A stretch of DNA of 64,000 nt from Lepidodermella squamata (Eukaryota > Animalia > Gastrotricha). Under the pieces are notes generated by a model. The model was not told where the DNA came from and did no database searches. It saw only the letters and a list, made by a program, of their open reading frames with translations. Positions within the stretch are counted from its first letter, which is position 1; every line of letters begins with the position of its first letter. The stretch spans positions 744,001 through 808,000 of the forward strand of contig JBLDXI010000011.1 in the NCBI GenBank assembly GCA_047495785.1. The letters run 5' to 3'. This document shows positions 25,976 through 37,760 of the stretch, one piece after another. The translations under genes and the position numbers were made by a program.

Positions 25976-26432
25976 CAAATAAATGTCGATTGTGCGACAA
26001 AACTACTGAATTCCTTTAACAGTTTCCAAATAAAATTGCAGCTTGTGGGGCATTCAATTTAATCACGTATCATGTGAGTATTTGAAACTATTTTGAAACA
26101 GCTTTCCAAAAAAGATTAAGACCTTTGCGGGTTCAGGGAATTCACGCTAAAATTTTATTTTATTACAGCTAGGCCCAATAAATTAGGAATTCTTGTTCCA
26201 TCACGCAGTAAATGCCATGGAGTCTAAACGGTATCAACGCAACTTTTCCATCACCAACACTGATATTCAGAGTATTCGACATTTAGTCCAATAAATAATA
26301 ATAGCTTATACAAGATAATTCCGTACTCGCCTTCAAAATCAATCACATCACAATGAAGCCCAACCATCAAAATAACTGATCCAGTGTTTCATAACAAAGC
26401 TTTTTTGCCGAATTTGGTCTTAAACGCTTTTC

Positions 26433-26990
26433 TCAAATCTTTTTCTTCAGGGAGACTGAACCGGCTGGAAGAAGTAGTGCGCTAGGCGATTTGCAAGACG
26501 AGCTCAACTTGCACTCGGCATCTTTTGCGTTGTATTCCAGGGCCTCGCAATATGGGTTATCATAACACTTGCTGATACATCTAGCCAAGTAGGGCTCATT
26601 GAAGCTGCTGAGAATGTTGCCACAGGTTCCGTTGATCCTATCGAAGGTCCACAACTCTTCATGTTTGAATGAAATAATATCTCAAAATATAGGCTCAAAA
26701 CAACTGGAAGTTACTTACCGAATGATTTATGATAAACGGGACTGTCAGGGTGAGCTTTCAAGGTTTTAGCTTTCCCATTATCATGGCATTGGGAAAATAG
26801 CAGGCAAACCGATTTAGCTGGGATGAAATTGAAGTGTCTGCAATCTCTGCCAAACTCCGGTTCCCTTTGTGACGAGTTCAGCACAGAATTCTTTTACTGG
26901 CTCAAAACTTTCATTCAACGGCGAATATTCGTCGCCAAAAGTTGATGCGAGGCTGATAACTACCATCAAGAATAAAACAGCAAGCGACAT
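26433..26990 (-). pseudogene. Secreted protein with two PAN/apple-like domains, frameshifted near 26870 (exons 26990..26719, 26656..26433)
   Basis: Signal peptide MSLAVLFLMVVISLAST. Domain 1 FCAEL/shift/EFGRDCRHFNFIPAKSVCLLFSQC; domain 2 ARCISKCYDNPYCEALEYNAKDAECKLSSSC. The frameshift could be an assembly error. Confidence 0.6.
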
Positions 26991-27739
26991 ATTGATAGAG
27001 CCGTTTAAACTTGAAAATAAGTGAACTTGAAAGTAAAACTGAAAGCTGCTTAGTGACGAATGAAAATCTACTTTCTGATGCGGTTGCACCTTATTGAAGC
27101 AGCTGTAGAGAAAGATCGTTGGTCTAAGCATTGTTTAGCAACTACTTTGAGTTGGGTATCTACGTCATTCGCCAGTAAAAATTAAACAAAACACCAGTTT
27201 AATTGCTATGGATGTCATCCAGCTATTGCCTTACAGCCTCCAGATGTTTTTACAATGACGCAAGTAGCGGATGTTATGACGCACTCGCCGATAAGTTTTG
27301 GGCATTGGGGCACATTCAGACTCATCGGTAATATACTCATTTTCCAACCTTTCGCCAATTCCATTCACAGCAAGTGCATCAGATTCGTTTAGGATTCATC
27401 ACGAAACTGTTCCAATCAGTGCGCGAAGTAGGATTCTGAATCTGAGGTATTTTCTAGTTCCTTGCCGAAGAAACTTATGGGCCCTCCTGTGGTTTTTCAA
27501 TCGTCCTATGGATGGCACCTCGGAGCTGGAGTGTCGCGACCCTGTACTTCGCACCCTGGTTCCAAGGCAGCAGCATTCGTGTTGGACCCTAATATTAACC
27601 TTGTGGTTACGGTTACGGTTACCGCTAATGCTGAGTTTCTGCAGTTATTCGGAAATTGAGCGGGGCAAAGTTTTACTCACAGTCATATTCCACAGAATAA
27701 CATTTTCATATTCTTAAAACAACATAATCAAGGTTTAGA

Positions 27740-30347
27740 TTAGTCATCCTCAGCCAAATGAACGAAACCCGGGTCATCCTCAACATCATCCAAGTGGTTG
27801 AAGAAATAGTGGTACCAATATGCCATGTTGAAGACGAGAAACGCAATTGGAAACAAGAAGCGCGACGCAACCTCGAGTTGGCTAGGCAGCGTGTTGAACT
27901 TGCCCTCCAGCGCCGCGATGAACAGCTTCTTGAACCAGTTCGAATCCGGCTGGTCGAGCAGCCACGAGTACTGCCGGTCACTTTCGTATGGATACTGCGA
28001 GGCCCGCAGTAATCGTCGATGCCGTAGCCGCTGTGTCGCCATCTCCAGAACGTTGTGCCGTTGGAGGCTAGGTCTGGCGTCTGCTAGACCGATTGGGGCC
28101 ATCAAAGTGGTTATGATGGCCTCGCCTTCGTCAGTGAACGCCATTCGCGACATGCGGCGTTCGTTCTCTCGCAGGATGTAGTTGGCGTCGTATTGCAGCG
28201 AGAAGTCGCACAGCTTTTTGTGGAGATATGCCACGATTGCGTACTCGACGAGAACGAGAAATACGAAGATGAAACAGGTCATAAGGAATAAATCGAGGGC
28301 TAGAGACAGAAAAATCAGCTTTCAGCTATAATAAAAAGGTTGAAACTTACCATTGAGATAGGAGAGCTTCGGAAGTGAGGTCATCGAATTGCCTTGGACG
28401 ATAAGCGTCACAATAGTCTAAACATTTGAAAGAAAGAAGCATTCAATGAAAACTTTGATTTTTTTAAATTCGAAAAAATAACTAAAAATAAAAAATTCGT
28501 AAAATTGAGCTAAATTAATTAAAAAAAATTCAAGGTTGCGGAAGCTCGAAGTTTTAATTCTTAAAAAAAGGTTTACACTCTAATTTTCGAAATTATTTCA
28601 AATTTTAGGAATTTAAACTTTACTGAAGTTGCATAACTCACCAAAATTGTGGTCACTGTTAGGGTGATTCTAGCTGGTGCCGAGTTGCGAGAAATCCAAA
28701 AAGAAATCCAACTCGTGATGACCATCAGAGTCGCCGGCAGATAAACTTGGATCAAATAGAAGACAAGGCTTCGCGAGAAATAGAAATTGATAATTAGCCT
28801 CGAGTGATTGTAGCCATCATCGCGGGTGACAACAGTTTCTGACAGGCTGTAGCCAAAAATGACGAGATGGGCCAGCGTTGCGCCTGTCATGTCGAATTTA
28901 ACGGCCCGCCCCAGCAGCGATGGGTCATCGTCGTTCTGCGAAATCGAAGATCGACCGCCGTCTGAGCTCCACAGGTACAACAGGTTGTTTATATCGTTTG
29001 CGAATGATTCGAAGCTGAAAGTGCATTTTTGATGGTCGAGTGGGAAGAAACTAAAGTCCATCAGCTGAAAAAGTCGAATATTTATTAAAAATTGATTTTT
29101 AGTCGTTTTCTATATTTTCATTTTTCATCAGTCATATCTTGGGTCATTTAAAGTGGGAATTCGTAAATTGCGCCGATCAACAGTTTTAATACAGAGAAAT
29201 TTGGAAAATTTGACCAGCTTTTAGAAAAGGATGATCAATTTTTGATCAGTTCTGTTGATCCATTATTGATCGATTATTGATCAGTTCTGGTTCAAACATG
29301 ATTAACTGATCAATTTTTGATCAGTTTAGAAGATTCATTTTTGATCCTTATTTTACCAAAAGGAACTGGAATTCTCGTGCTATTTTATTTTTTTGCATCA
29401 GTTAATAAATTGGCGCGCGCGGGAAACTTCTGCGTCCATTATGGTAAGCGTAAGGATCATTTCTATTGATCGATGTTTGATCGGTTTGGTTGATCAAAAA
29501 TCAAAACTCACGCAATAAGCTGTGACGGTGACTCGGGTTGAGCTGCTCACGAAACCACTTGGTTCGACTCGAATGAAGCCGTTGTGGCGCGTGACGTGGT
29601 GAAACGAGCTCTGCTTGGCACTGAAAAATATCATAATTTAGAAACCAAAATATTACAAAATTTCCAATCTGATTTTGAAATTTTCCAAAAACGTGAAATT
29701 TTATATTCAAAAAATGGGTTAGACAAAGAATGCAAGCCTGAGATGATTAGCATTAAGGTAGATTCTTCAATTTTATATTTCTGGAATTTAATTTTTAATT
29801 TTTAATTTTTTTTAAAATTTAATTTCCAAATATTTTTACGAATTTACAAGACAAAAAACGTATCAGGCCGCCACAAGAAATCCAAATGATCAGCTGGAAT
29901 GTTGACAACAGCCTCGTCCGAAGAGTTGAACTGCAGCCGCGGGTCGAGCCACGACTGGCGAAAGTAGAAGTCCAACGTATAGTCCATGTTAACCTCTGAT
30001 ACGGAACTTATCGAGCCGATGTAAGCGCTGCAGTAAATCTCAACCACCCTGCCGCCGTAGAAAGGCCTAATCCGCGTGTCGTAGTAGTCCTCTTCGATAG
30101 AGAGGCGTTCGAACAGCTTCGACGCGTTCAACGGGGCTTCTTCTTCGATTTCGTGATCGCCCTGGTGCTCGTCGGTGTTTGAGTGGGAATTCGCCGGTTG
30201 TTGGGGTGTTTTTAAATTGTGGAAAATTGAGTTCGGAGGTATTTGCCACAGGGCTATATCTTCATCCGCTGATCTCGGGTTGCGATTTTGGCACATAATT
30301 GGGCAGATATTAATTAATGAAATAAGAAAGGCCAATTGAGACTTCAT
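27740..30347 (-). CDS. Cys-loop ligand-gated anion channel subunit, GABA-A/glycine-receptor-like (exons 30347..29848, 29620..29512, 29064..28642, 28417..28351, 28299..27740)
   Basis: Signal peptide, YDTRIRP, MDYTLDFYFRQSWLDPRL, LWRPDTFF, Cys-loop C-LMDFSFFPLDHQK-C, M1 YLPATLMVITSWISFW, PAR motif before M2, LPKLSY..ALD, M4 SRFLFPIAFLVFNMAYW. Confidence 0.92.
29230..29500. repeat. TGATC-rich degenerate low-complexity repeat in intron (similar tract at ~11520-11650)
   Basis: Numerous TTGATCA/TTGATCG units. Confidence 0.5.
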
Positions 30348-31310
30348 ATTTTTATTATTTTTCGCTCTATTTCGTCAAACAATAGAAGTGAAGTTTCAAA
30401 AAAGAGAGAAATAACGAAAATGAACTGAAAAAATGAAGTCATGTGTATTTCGTATGTTTGTATTAAGGTTTCAGTCTTGATGAAAAAATTCAAGAAAGAA
30501 AGTATAACAATAGATCAAAAAAATCATAATTTGATAAAATGAACTTCCTGAACAATTGGGATCGAAATTTGATACACTTAATTTGTGGGAAAATGCGAAA
30601 ATTTACTTGAATTTAATCGAAGTGAAGATTATATAAATTGGGAAAAATTCTCAATTTTGGCTACACATTTTCACGCTACATTTTCAGGAGAAAATATATG
30701 AAAAAAAGCGGACTTTGAAAAATTATTGGGCTATAATTTCTGAGCTCCAGAACCACATTTTCCAAAAAATGATTTTTCGTCTTTCAAATTTCAAATCTTC
30801 TCTAAATTTACGATTTTGCTGACCCATAGATCTCAATAATACGCATATTATTGAGTATCGAGGGTCAGATACTGCTGGACCGATATCGATTCGAAGTATC
30901 GATTTTACAAATCAGTGATTTTTCCGATATGAGCAGCCTTGGCAGCCACTGCGCAATTTTGAGACCCGAGAAAAATATCCATAATATGGTAATTTGAGAG
31001 GTGAAAAGTCGGATCATTGTAGGCTGAACTCATAGGAAAGTAAAATTCCGAAAAGTTGTCACCTAAATTCCGGCTTGAAAATTCGAATTTCCGATTTCCG
31101 GTTCGATTCGATTCGAAAATTCGATTTCCGATCAAAATATGATACGATATTTCAAAGCCATTTTAAAGCGTTCTTAACACGGCAAGAATATATTTTAAAG
31201 GTTTATTAACAAGTTTAAAATTAATTTTTTTAAATTGGAAAAATCTTTTCTTAATTAATGCATAGACTACAACATTTCACGCTTGATTGCGCACGCAGTT
31301 TTTCATTGTT

Positions 31311-34300
31311 TCATATTTCATTAAGTTTACTCCGCGCATGATCGAACGTTATCGCTGACCAGTCAGGCAGTGGCTTCGTAAACCCGGCCTTGCCAGTTAG
31401 GAAATACGTATCCACAACGAGAGCTCCATTCCTCATCACCAACTGGCCCGCCTCATTAGTCCTATACCCGCCCCATTTATCAAGTTCCAACTTGGCGAGC
31501 TCAGATAATCGAATTTTCAGCCCTGGGGCTGATTTCATTAGCCGGCTCGTAATTTCGACTGCCTCGCCGAATAACATGTAGCGTTGCCGGTGTTTACGGC
31601 CGATTAGCCCGGCTAGAACAGGCCCGCAGTGGATGGCACAGCGGAAGAGCAGGTGCAAGTCCGGCCGGTTGAAAATTTTAGCGTCCAGCGACGCGGCTAG
31701 CATTTCTAGGGCCATTTGCGCGATTTCAGTCACGTGACGCGTCCCGTTCGGCTTCGGAAGGCCACTTGCAATTCTCAAAGAGCCACCTGAAAATGAAAAA
31801 TGACTAGAATTTTTTAATTTTAAAAAAGTTGAAAATAAATATCTTTATATATGTTGAGGTATCCACTCAAACGACAAATGCGCTACGACAAACCAGCAAA
31901 CGATTGATGACCAATAATTGTTAAATTTTGTATCATTCAGTATTATTACGCGAAACAGTGAAATGAAACGTTGAATTTGAAAAATCATAAAATTCCCTAA
32001 ATTTTGAAAATCAATAAATTGTTCTCAATTTTGTTTCGATTAACTTAAGACCCATGAACTATTGAGTTATATAATTTTTTCTAGGCGAACCTTTTCAATT
32101 TTTTCAATTTTTCAATATTGAAGCGACTCTTTTTCATAATAGAAATTTTTACCAGGCTTTATTTAAAATTTATGCAAACATTTTAATAGCCTTGACAATT
32201 GAAAACGGTATCTTACGCACTTCTTAGAAATTTTCACCAAAGCGCAAAAAGGCCTGATTGGTGAATTTTATCAAAATCGACTTTTCATAGGTTTCCTATG
32301 CCGTTTTTCACGAGGAAACTGCCGGTGCAATCAGATTTTCACTGCGACGCATAGTTTTAATGTTATACCCAAATAAATGCGATAGTGACAAAAATCATGA
32401 AATTGACGCACTTTTCTTAGTTTTTTGCTAAAATTTGAGGTGAGCGTAAAACTTTTTCCGATTATATTTTTCGAGCAAGAGCCCCTTACTCATTTTAAAG
32501 CTTATTGCTTGTAGTATTTTTAGACGTAAAAACCGGCCTTCAATTCGAAACTTGACCTTTGACTTTAACGTGCCGAATGCGAATGACTAAAAACAGCAAT
32601 TTAAAATCCGCATTTTCATGGCATTTTTTTATTATCACTACAGTCATTGTAGATTGTAGATTCAGCTAGCATTTCTTTGAATAGGGTCAGGTTTCTTTAG
32701 CTTATAATAGAAAAAACTCTGTATTTGAAGGAATAGGGTAAATCGTCGCTCAAGATGTTATCCTGTTCCTATTTTAAGGGACAAAACTGTTTAATTTTTC
32801 ATATTTCCATTAATTTGCCGAATTTTCCTTGAGAAATACCGCAGGTCTATAAAAGCGCAGAGCTAAAATCGGATTTAATTACTTCTGGGACACAGCTTCG
32901 AGGTTTCTGTAGGCCAAATGTGATCACTTTTCGCGTTTAAAATATTAGTTTCCTTTTTTTTGGGACCTCTCACAAATTTCAACAACAAACAAATTTGAAG
33001 TCATTCCACTAGCCGTTTTCATATTCATTTTTTTAATTCAATAGTTGTAGATTGTCGGAATTTCGGAACTACGAAATAACGGAAACTATCAAATAAGGCT
33101 ACTAGAAACTAGCAGTGTTTATTCTAAATGATTATTACGACTGGGCCTTTCACCAATACTTCATTCAGACTTCGATGGATCTTATGCTCGTGATAATGCA
33201 AAATTCAGAATCTACGACTCAAACTGCACTAGATGGTAATAAAAAACCAATAAACGCGCCGTTTCAGTCTACGCGTAACAGTTACATCAAATTTCGATGT
33301 GCGAATCTTTTGTTTTAGTATTTCGCTTCTCCTGAAAAATTGCGATTTTAATGCGCGCGCACTCGATTCTAAATATCTTAAGAACAGTAGCAGATATTTA
33401 AAAACGGGTTTCAGATTTGAAATCAGCGTCGAGAAATAGAGTAGACGTTGAGGTAAACTCATATTTCAAAAAAATGTCCTAAAATACTGTTTTCACTTGA
33501 CAATGATTTTTCAAGTAATAATCTTAAAAATTTAATTAGAAAAGAAATGTACCGTTTTGGTCGATGCGAATTACATCATGCGCTTCGATGATAGCATCCA
33601 GCTGAGTGCTGAATTCATCCAACGCATGTACAACCTCGCCCGCATTCGTCTCGCGTATCAAATGTGGCAGGCCGACAATGTCCGACTGCAACAGGGTGAC
33701 CAGTTCAAATCGCTTCGGCCTAATTTCATGGCCAGCTTCTAGTTCTTGCGTTATCACTCGTGGCACAAGGTGCGATAGAATCTCCTGGCGCCGCCGCCGC
33801 TCCTCCTCGACTTCTTGCTTACGCGCTTGTAACGTCTCCTCCAACTCTTCGGCCCGTTCTTCGAGTACCAACACCATTTCATCAATCAAATTTTCTTCCC
33901 TTTGGGAGAAATAGGATAATTTTATAATATAGGGTGAAGTGGCGACTTATGGTTACCTTCCCTTGTTGATTTCTTTCAGGCATATGCTGATTTCTTGGAA
34001 ACTAGGCCGAGCTTCCGGCTGTTCCTCCCAACATGACCTAGGAAAATAAAAAATTATTTTTAAATTAAAAAATAATAGAAGTAGTTTTTATCAAGTTTTT
34101 TTGCTGAATCCTAATTTTAATTGTTGATTTTTCGAATTTTGCCATTTGATGTTTTCTTACTCTGCTATCTCTTGAAGCTCGTCTGAATAGTCATCGACGG
34201 GGAGGCCTAATTTAGGCCTAAATGGCTTTTCAAGGGCACTGTCGTAGCAAATTCGTTCGTGAAGCTCTTGTTTTTCTAGCCGATAATGACTGTACGGCAC

Positions 34301-37300
34301 AGAACGCATTAGGATTTCGTAGCAAATAAGGCCGAATGAGAATACATCGCCCTGCTGAGTGCCTTTAATTGGCCTCTCATCGCGAGGCAATCGCAGCAAT
34401 TCAGGCGACGCATAGAAAAAATCCTTGTCCTCATTGAATATTCGATGCGCTGTATGGACGTTCAGCGAAGACCCCGATGCACTGCCCGCATTTTGCAGTT
34501 GGCCGATGTTCAGTGATTTCAGAAAGTTCCTAGGCGATTTAGCGCCTTGATGCGACCGTGAAGTTTGGCTGCTGTCGTTCGACGTGTTAGAGTTCTTTCG
34601 ATTGCCGTTAAGAGCAGCGAGTCCAGCAGCTTCGGCTTGGTCGATGCGGACCAGAGTTGGAATGGGAATGTTGGCGATTTTACACATCCAACGAGCATCG
34701 ACTGAAGAGATGAAAAAATCAAATATTTGAAGTTTTTGAATTTCTAAAGATTCCTAGAGCCCTAAAGACTGGCCCTAACACTGAGGGGCGTTAGCCCTAT
34801 CCCTAACTCTAACCCTAACCTTAACAAATCCGGAGTTCCAAACTAAAAAATAGAGATGTTAGGAATGTAGGAATGAACCCTAATTCCAACCCTACTAACC
34901 CCAACCCTAACCCTAACCCTAACCCAAATTCTAAGCTTAACCTTTCCCGGGAACCCCAAGAAAGACTAGTTTAGCCCTAACCCTAGCACTAATACGAATT
35001 CTAACCTTAGTCTTAACCTCAACCCTAACCCTTAGCCCTAACCCTGAACCTAACTGCCCTACCCATATGCCAAGCCTTGGCCCAACTCTTGTAAACTAAA
35101 AAGAAACACGACCGAAACACCTGCACATACAAAATAAAACCTGCCTACCAAGAATATTCTCGGGTTTCAGCTGGCCATGCGATTTGACCTTGGATTGATG
35201 AAGATACTGCATGCCCCTCGCAATGTCGTTGACGAAGCTGATCTTGAAAATCTTATCCAATCTCAGCGACTTGCGATACAACAGCATTGCTAGGGTCCCC
35301 TTAGCACACCATTGTTGAATCGAACAAACCAGCCCAAGTTCGATGGTAACCCCGAGAAACGCGTTGATATTCGGGTGATTCAGATCCCGCACCTCGAGAA
35401 GTTCAGTAATCAGAGCTTTCGTAACCTCCAAATTCTGCAATTTCACTTTCTTCACAAAAACAGGTTCGGAGTTGTAGAGGGCCCTTGCGAGTGATTTTCC
35501 TGTAGGCCCCTTAACATTCGCCATTTTGAAGGCGTTGCTTTTAGCCGAAGCACCTGCCGTCTCGATTACTTCATTCTGAAACCTAGCCATTGTTTGAAGA
35601 AGTTCGGTTTTCGTTAAGACTGAACCTCGCCGCTTTGCAGCCTCTAAAAGTTCCATTCTTGTGTTCCGATTCGGGTCTGGAGGTGCTAAAGTATTGGAAA
35701 TTCGTCGCTGGAACAAAGACGGCCGATGTGAATCCTTAGCTCTAAGCTGTTCATTCTCCCCATTCAAACTATAGCTTGTTGCTTCGTGTGCGGGGTTCAA
35801 TTTGGCAAGAATCTGACTTAAATCCACAGATTTCGACCGCTGGCTCTCGCTCAGGCCGAAACGTAGTTCGCTGAAGTTGAGAATGACCATATTCCTCAAC
35901 GTGGCTTCGTAATCCTTCCGTCTTTGGGCGAGTCGCCAGAACGCAAACGTGATAAGACCGATGATGAGGAGTAAAGCACCCCCACTGCTCGCTGCCGGTA
36001 TGATGATGTGCATTCTACTTGGAGGCGGGCAGCCTTGTCCAAAGAGGAGGCACAAATCTTCGTTGGGTAGATTATTCCCACTGCCCAGCCATCTCGGTTT
36101 GCTTTGCTGCACAAAACGGCCTTCTTTCACGATGTAGGCAAGGTCGATTTTCGTCTCGTTTTTGTACTTTCCCACCTCGTTGCGCTTCACATTCCAAATT
36201 TCTTGTGGAATGTTAGTTTTCAAGCAATCAGAGCCATAGGTGACTGAATCCAACGAGTCGTCAACTAAGGAATTAGAAATACTGGTGAAGTAAGATTGAA
36301 AATCATAACTTTTACATTCGAATTTGCTGTTGCAGTAAAATCCCGTCAAATGGGTATATTTACCCGGCGATTGTTCCGAAATTTCGATGATTTTCGATAG
36401 CATTCGAAGTTCCCTATACAGCAGTGCATCAACACCAAGCGTGTCGTAACCATCGATAGCTACCGGCTTGAAAATTGAAAACACGAGAGAGATAAAGCAT
36501 AGAACTATCGAACAAGTGTCAGTTTACCTGATAGTCTCTAAGTTTAAACTGCCGATCACGAATCACCATCATGCCATCATGAGCTTCTTCCTTAAGCAGT
36601 GGAAAGAGCCGAGCAATCATGCCCGAAGTATGGATGAACATAACAACTTTGCCTTGCTGCAATAATTCGTCTCCGGTTCTTAAGTCCTCAATTTGCTGGA
36701 GGAAGGCCGGAAAATCCTTGTCGGAGTTCAACAGAAGAAAAGTTACGGTCGATGTATGCATTATGACTTCATGTATTGCCTCTTCGCTACATAATCCGCC
36801 CTCCAACAGGTAAGCAGTGCAGAAGTAGGATTTAGTCACAACAAGGTTTTCGTACTCTTTCTCGTAACCGATAGACTTCTGCTTGAACAGCGTATCCAAT
36901 TCATCGTAGAACTTGTCCATTTCATCTATATTAGGCGACAGTACAAAGTGAATATGTCGCCAGTTGTACTTTCGAACTATGTGGAACGTGATCTCTATCA
37001 AGTTCGAAGGTTGGAATCCTGCGAAAATGTAATCAGCTCCTTTGCCGGGCTTCAGAATCTCAGGGTTTCTTTTCGGGACATAGCAGCAGCTTGAAATAAC
37101 CAAAACTTCTTCCGATAATTGATTTGAGAATTCCTCGATTTGTAAACATCGTAGTTGGTTGCATGTTGCTACATCCAGTGCTGCGAGAAGTCTCTTGCCC
37201 TGATTTTCGTCCAAGCCCATTACTGCCGTAATGTTGCCATTCATTCGCTCGCTGATATCAGGTTGGATGAAAATCGGCCTAATCACAACTTCTATGTCTG

Positions 37301-37586
37301 ATTCGCCCGATTGAACAGCTCCGTTAAACATAACACGGGTTTTTCTCCGCATTTCGGACCGAGTCGCCTTTCGGAAAATTTCTTTAGCCATCTCTTCGGT
37401 GAATCGCCGGCTTAACAGCGAGCTCTCCTCCGCAGTAAGACGGCCGTAATTCAGGCTCGATTTTCCGTTTTTAAGCTCGACGAAAGGGTCTGTAATCACG
37501 GCTACGAAGACCTCTACTGAATCTATGTGATTGTCTGCATTGGCCGCGATAAACAGCGGCACAAGAAAAAATACTTGATAAAACAT
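31311..37586 (-). CDS. Receptor guanylyl cyclase-like protein A, degenerate cyclase domain (exons 37586..36528, 36466..35149, 34701..34161, 34037..33957, 33899..33553, 31786..31311)
   Basis: Signal peptide, extracellular domain, TM, kinase-homology domain (HGQLKPENIL, SPELLR, GDVFSFG), coiled coil, cyclase domain with RIDQNGGSL for KVETIGDAY and RYMLFGEAVEITSRL for [15 protein letters not shown]. Confidence 0.85.
34774..35052. repeat. Degenerate interstitial telomere-like (CCCTAA)n tract in intron of rGC-A
   Basis: Multiple CCCTAA/AACCCT units, with a perfect run at ~34903-34925. Confidence 0.75.
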
Positions 37587-37760
37587 GGCTAAATATGATT
37601 TTCGAGAAATTATGATTTCAGTGTTCAGCCAAGAGGGATCGATGCGCCTCGAGAGCCTAAAAGCTCGGCCTATTGCCGACTGTTTAAAAGCATTTACCGA
37701 TCATCTCACAACATGTTTATTCAGTAAGCAAAAGAGTTCCCGATAATTGCGCGACCTACA

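Noticed and set aside
27298-27717. Plus-strand ORFs of 139 and 65 aa between the PAN gene and the channel
   Set aside because: Non-ATG starts, no recognisable domain or convincing exon structure.
34774-35052. True telomere or chromosome fusion point
   Set aside because: Short, degenerate, single orientation, and inside an intron of a continuous gene.
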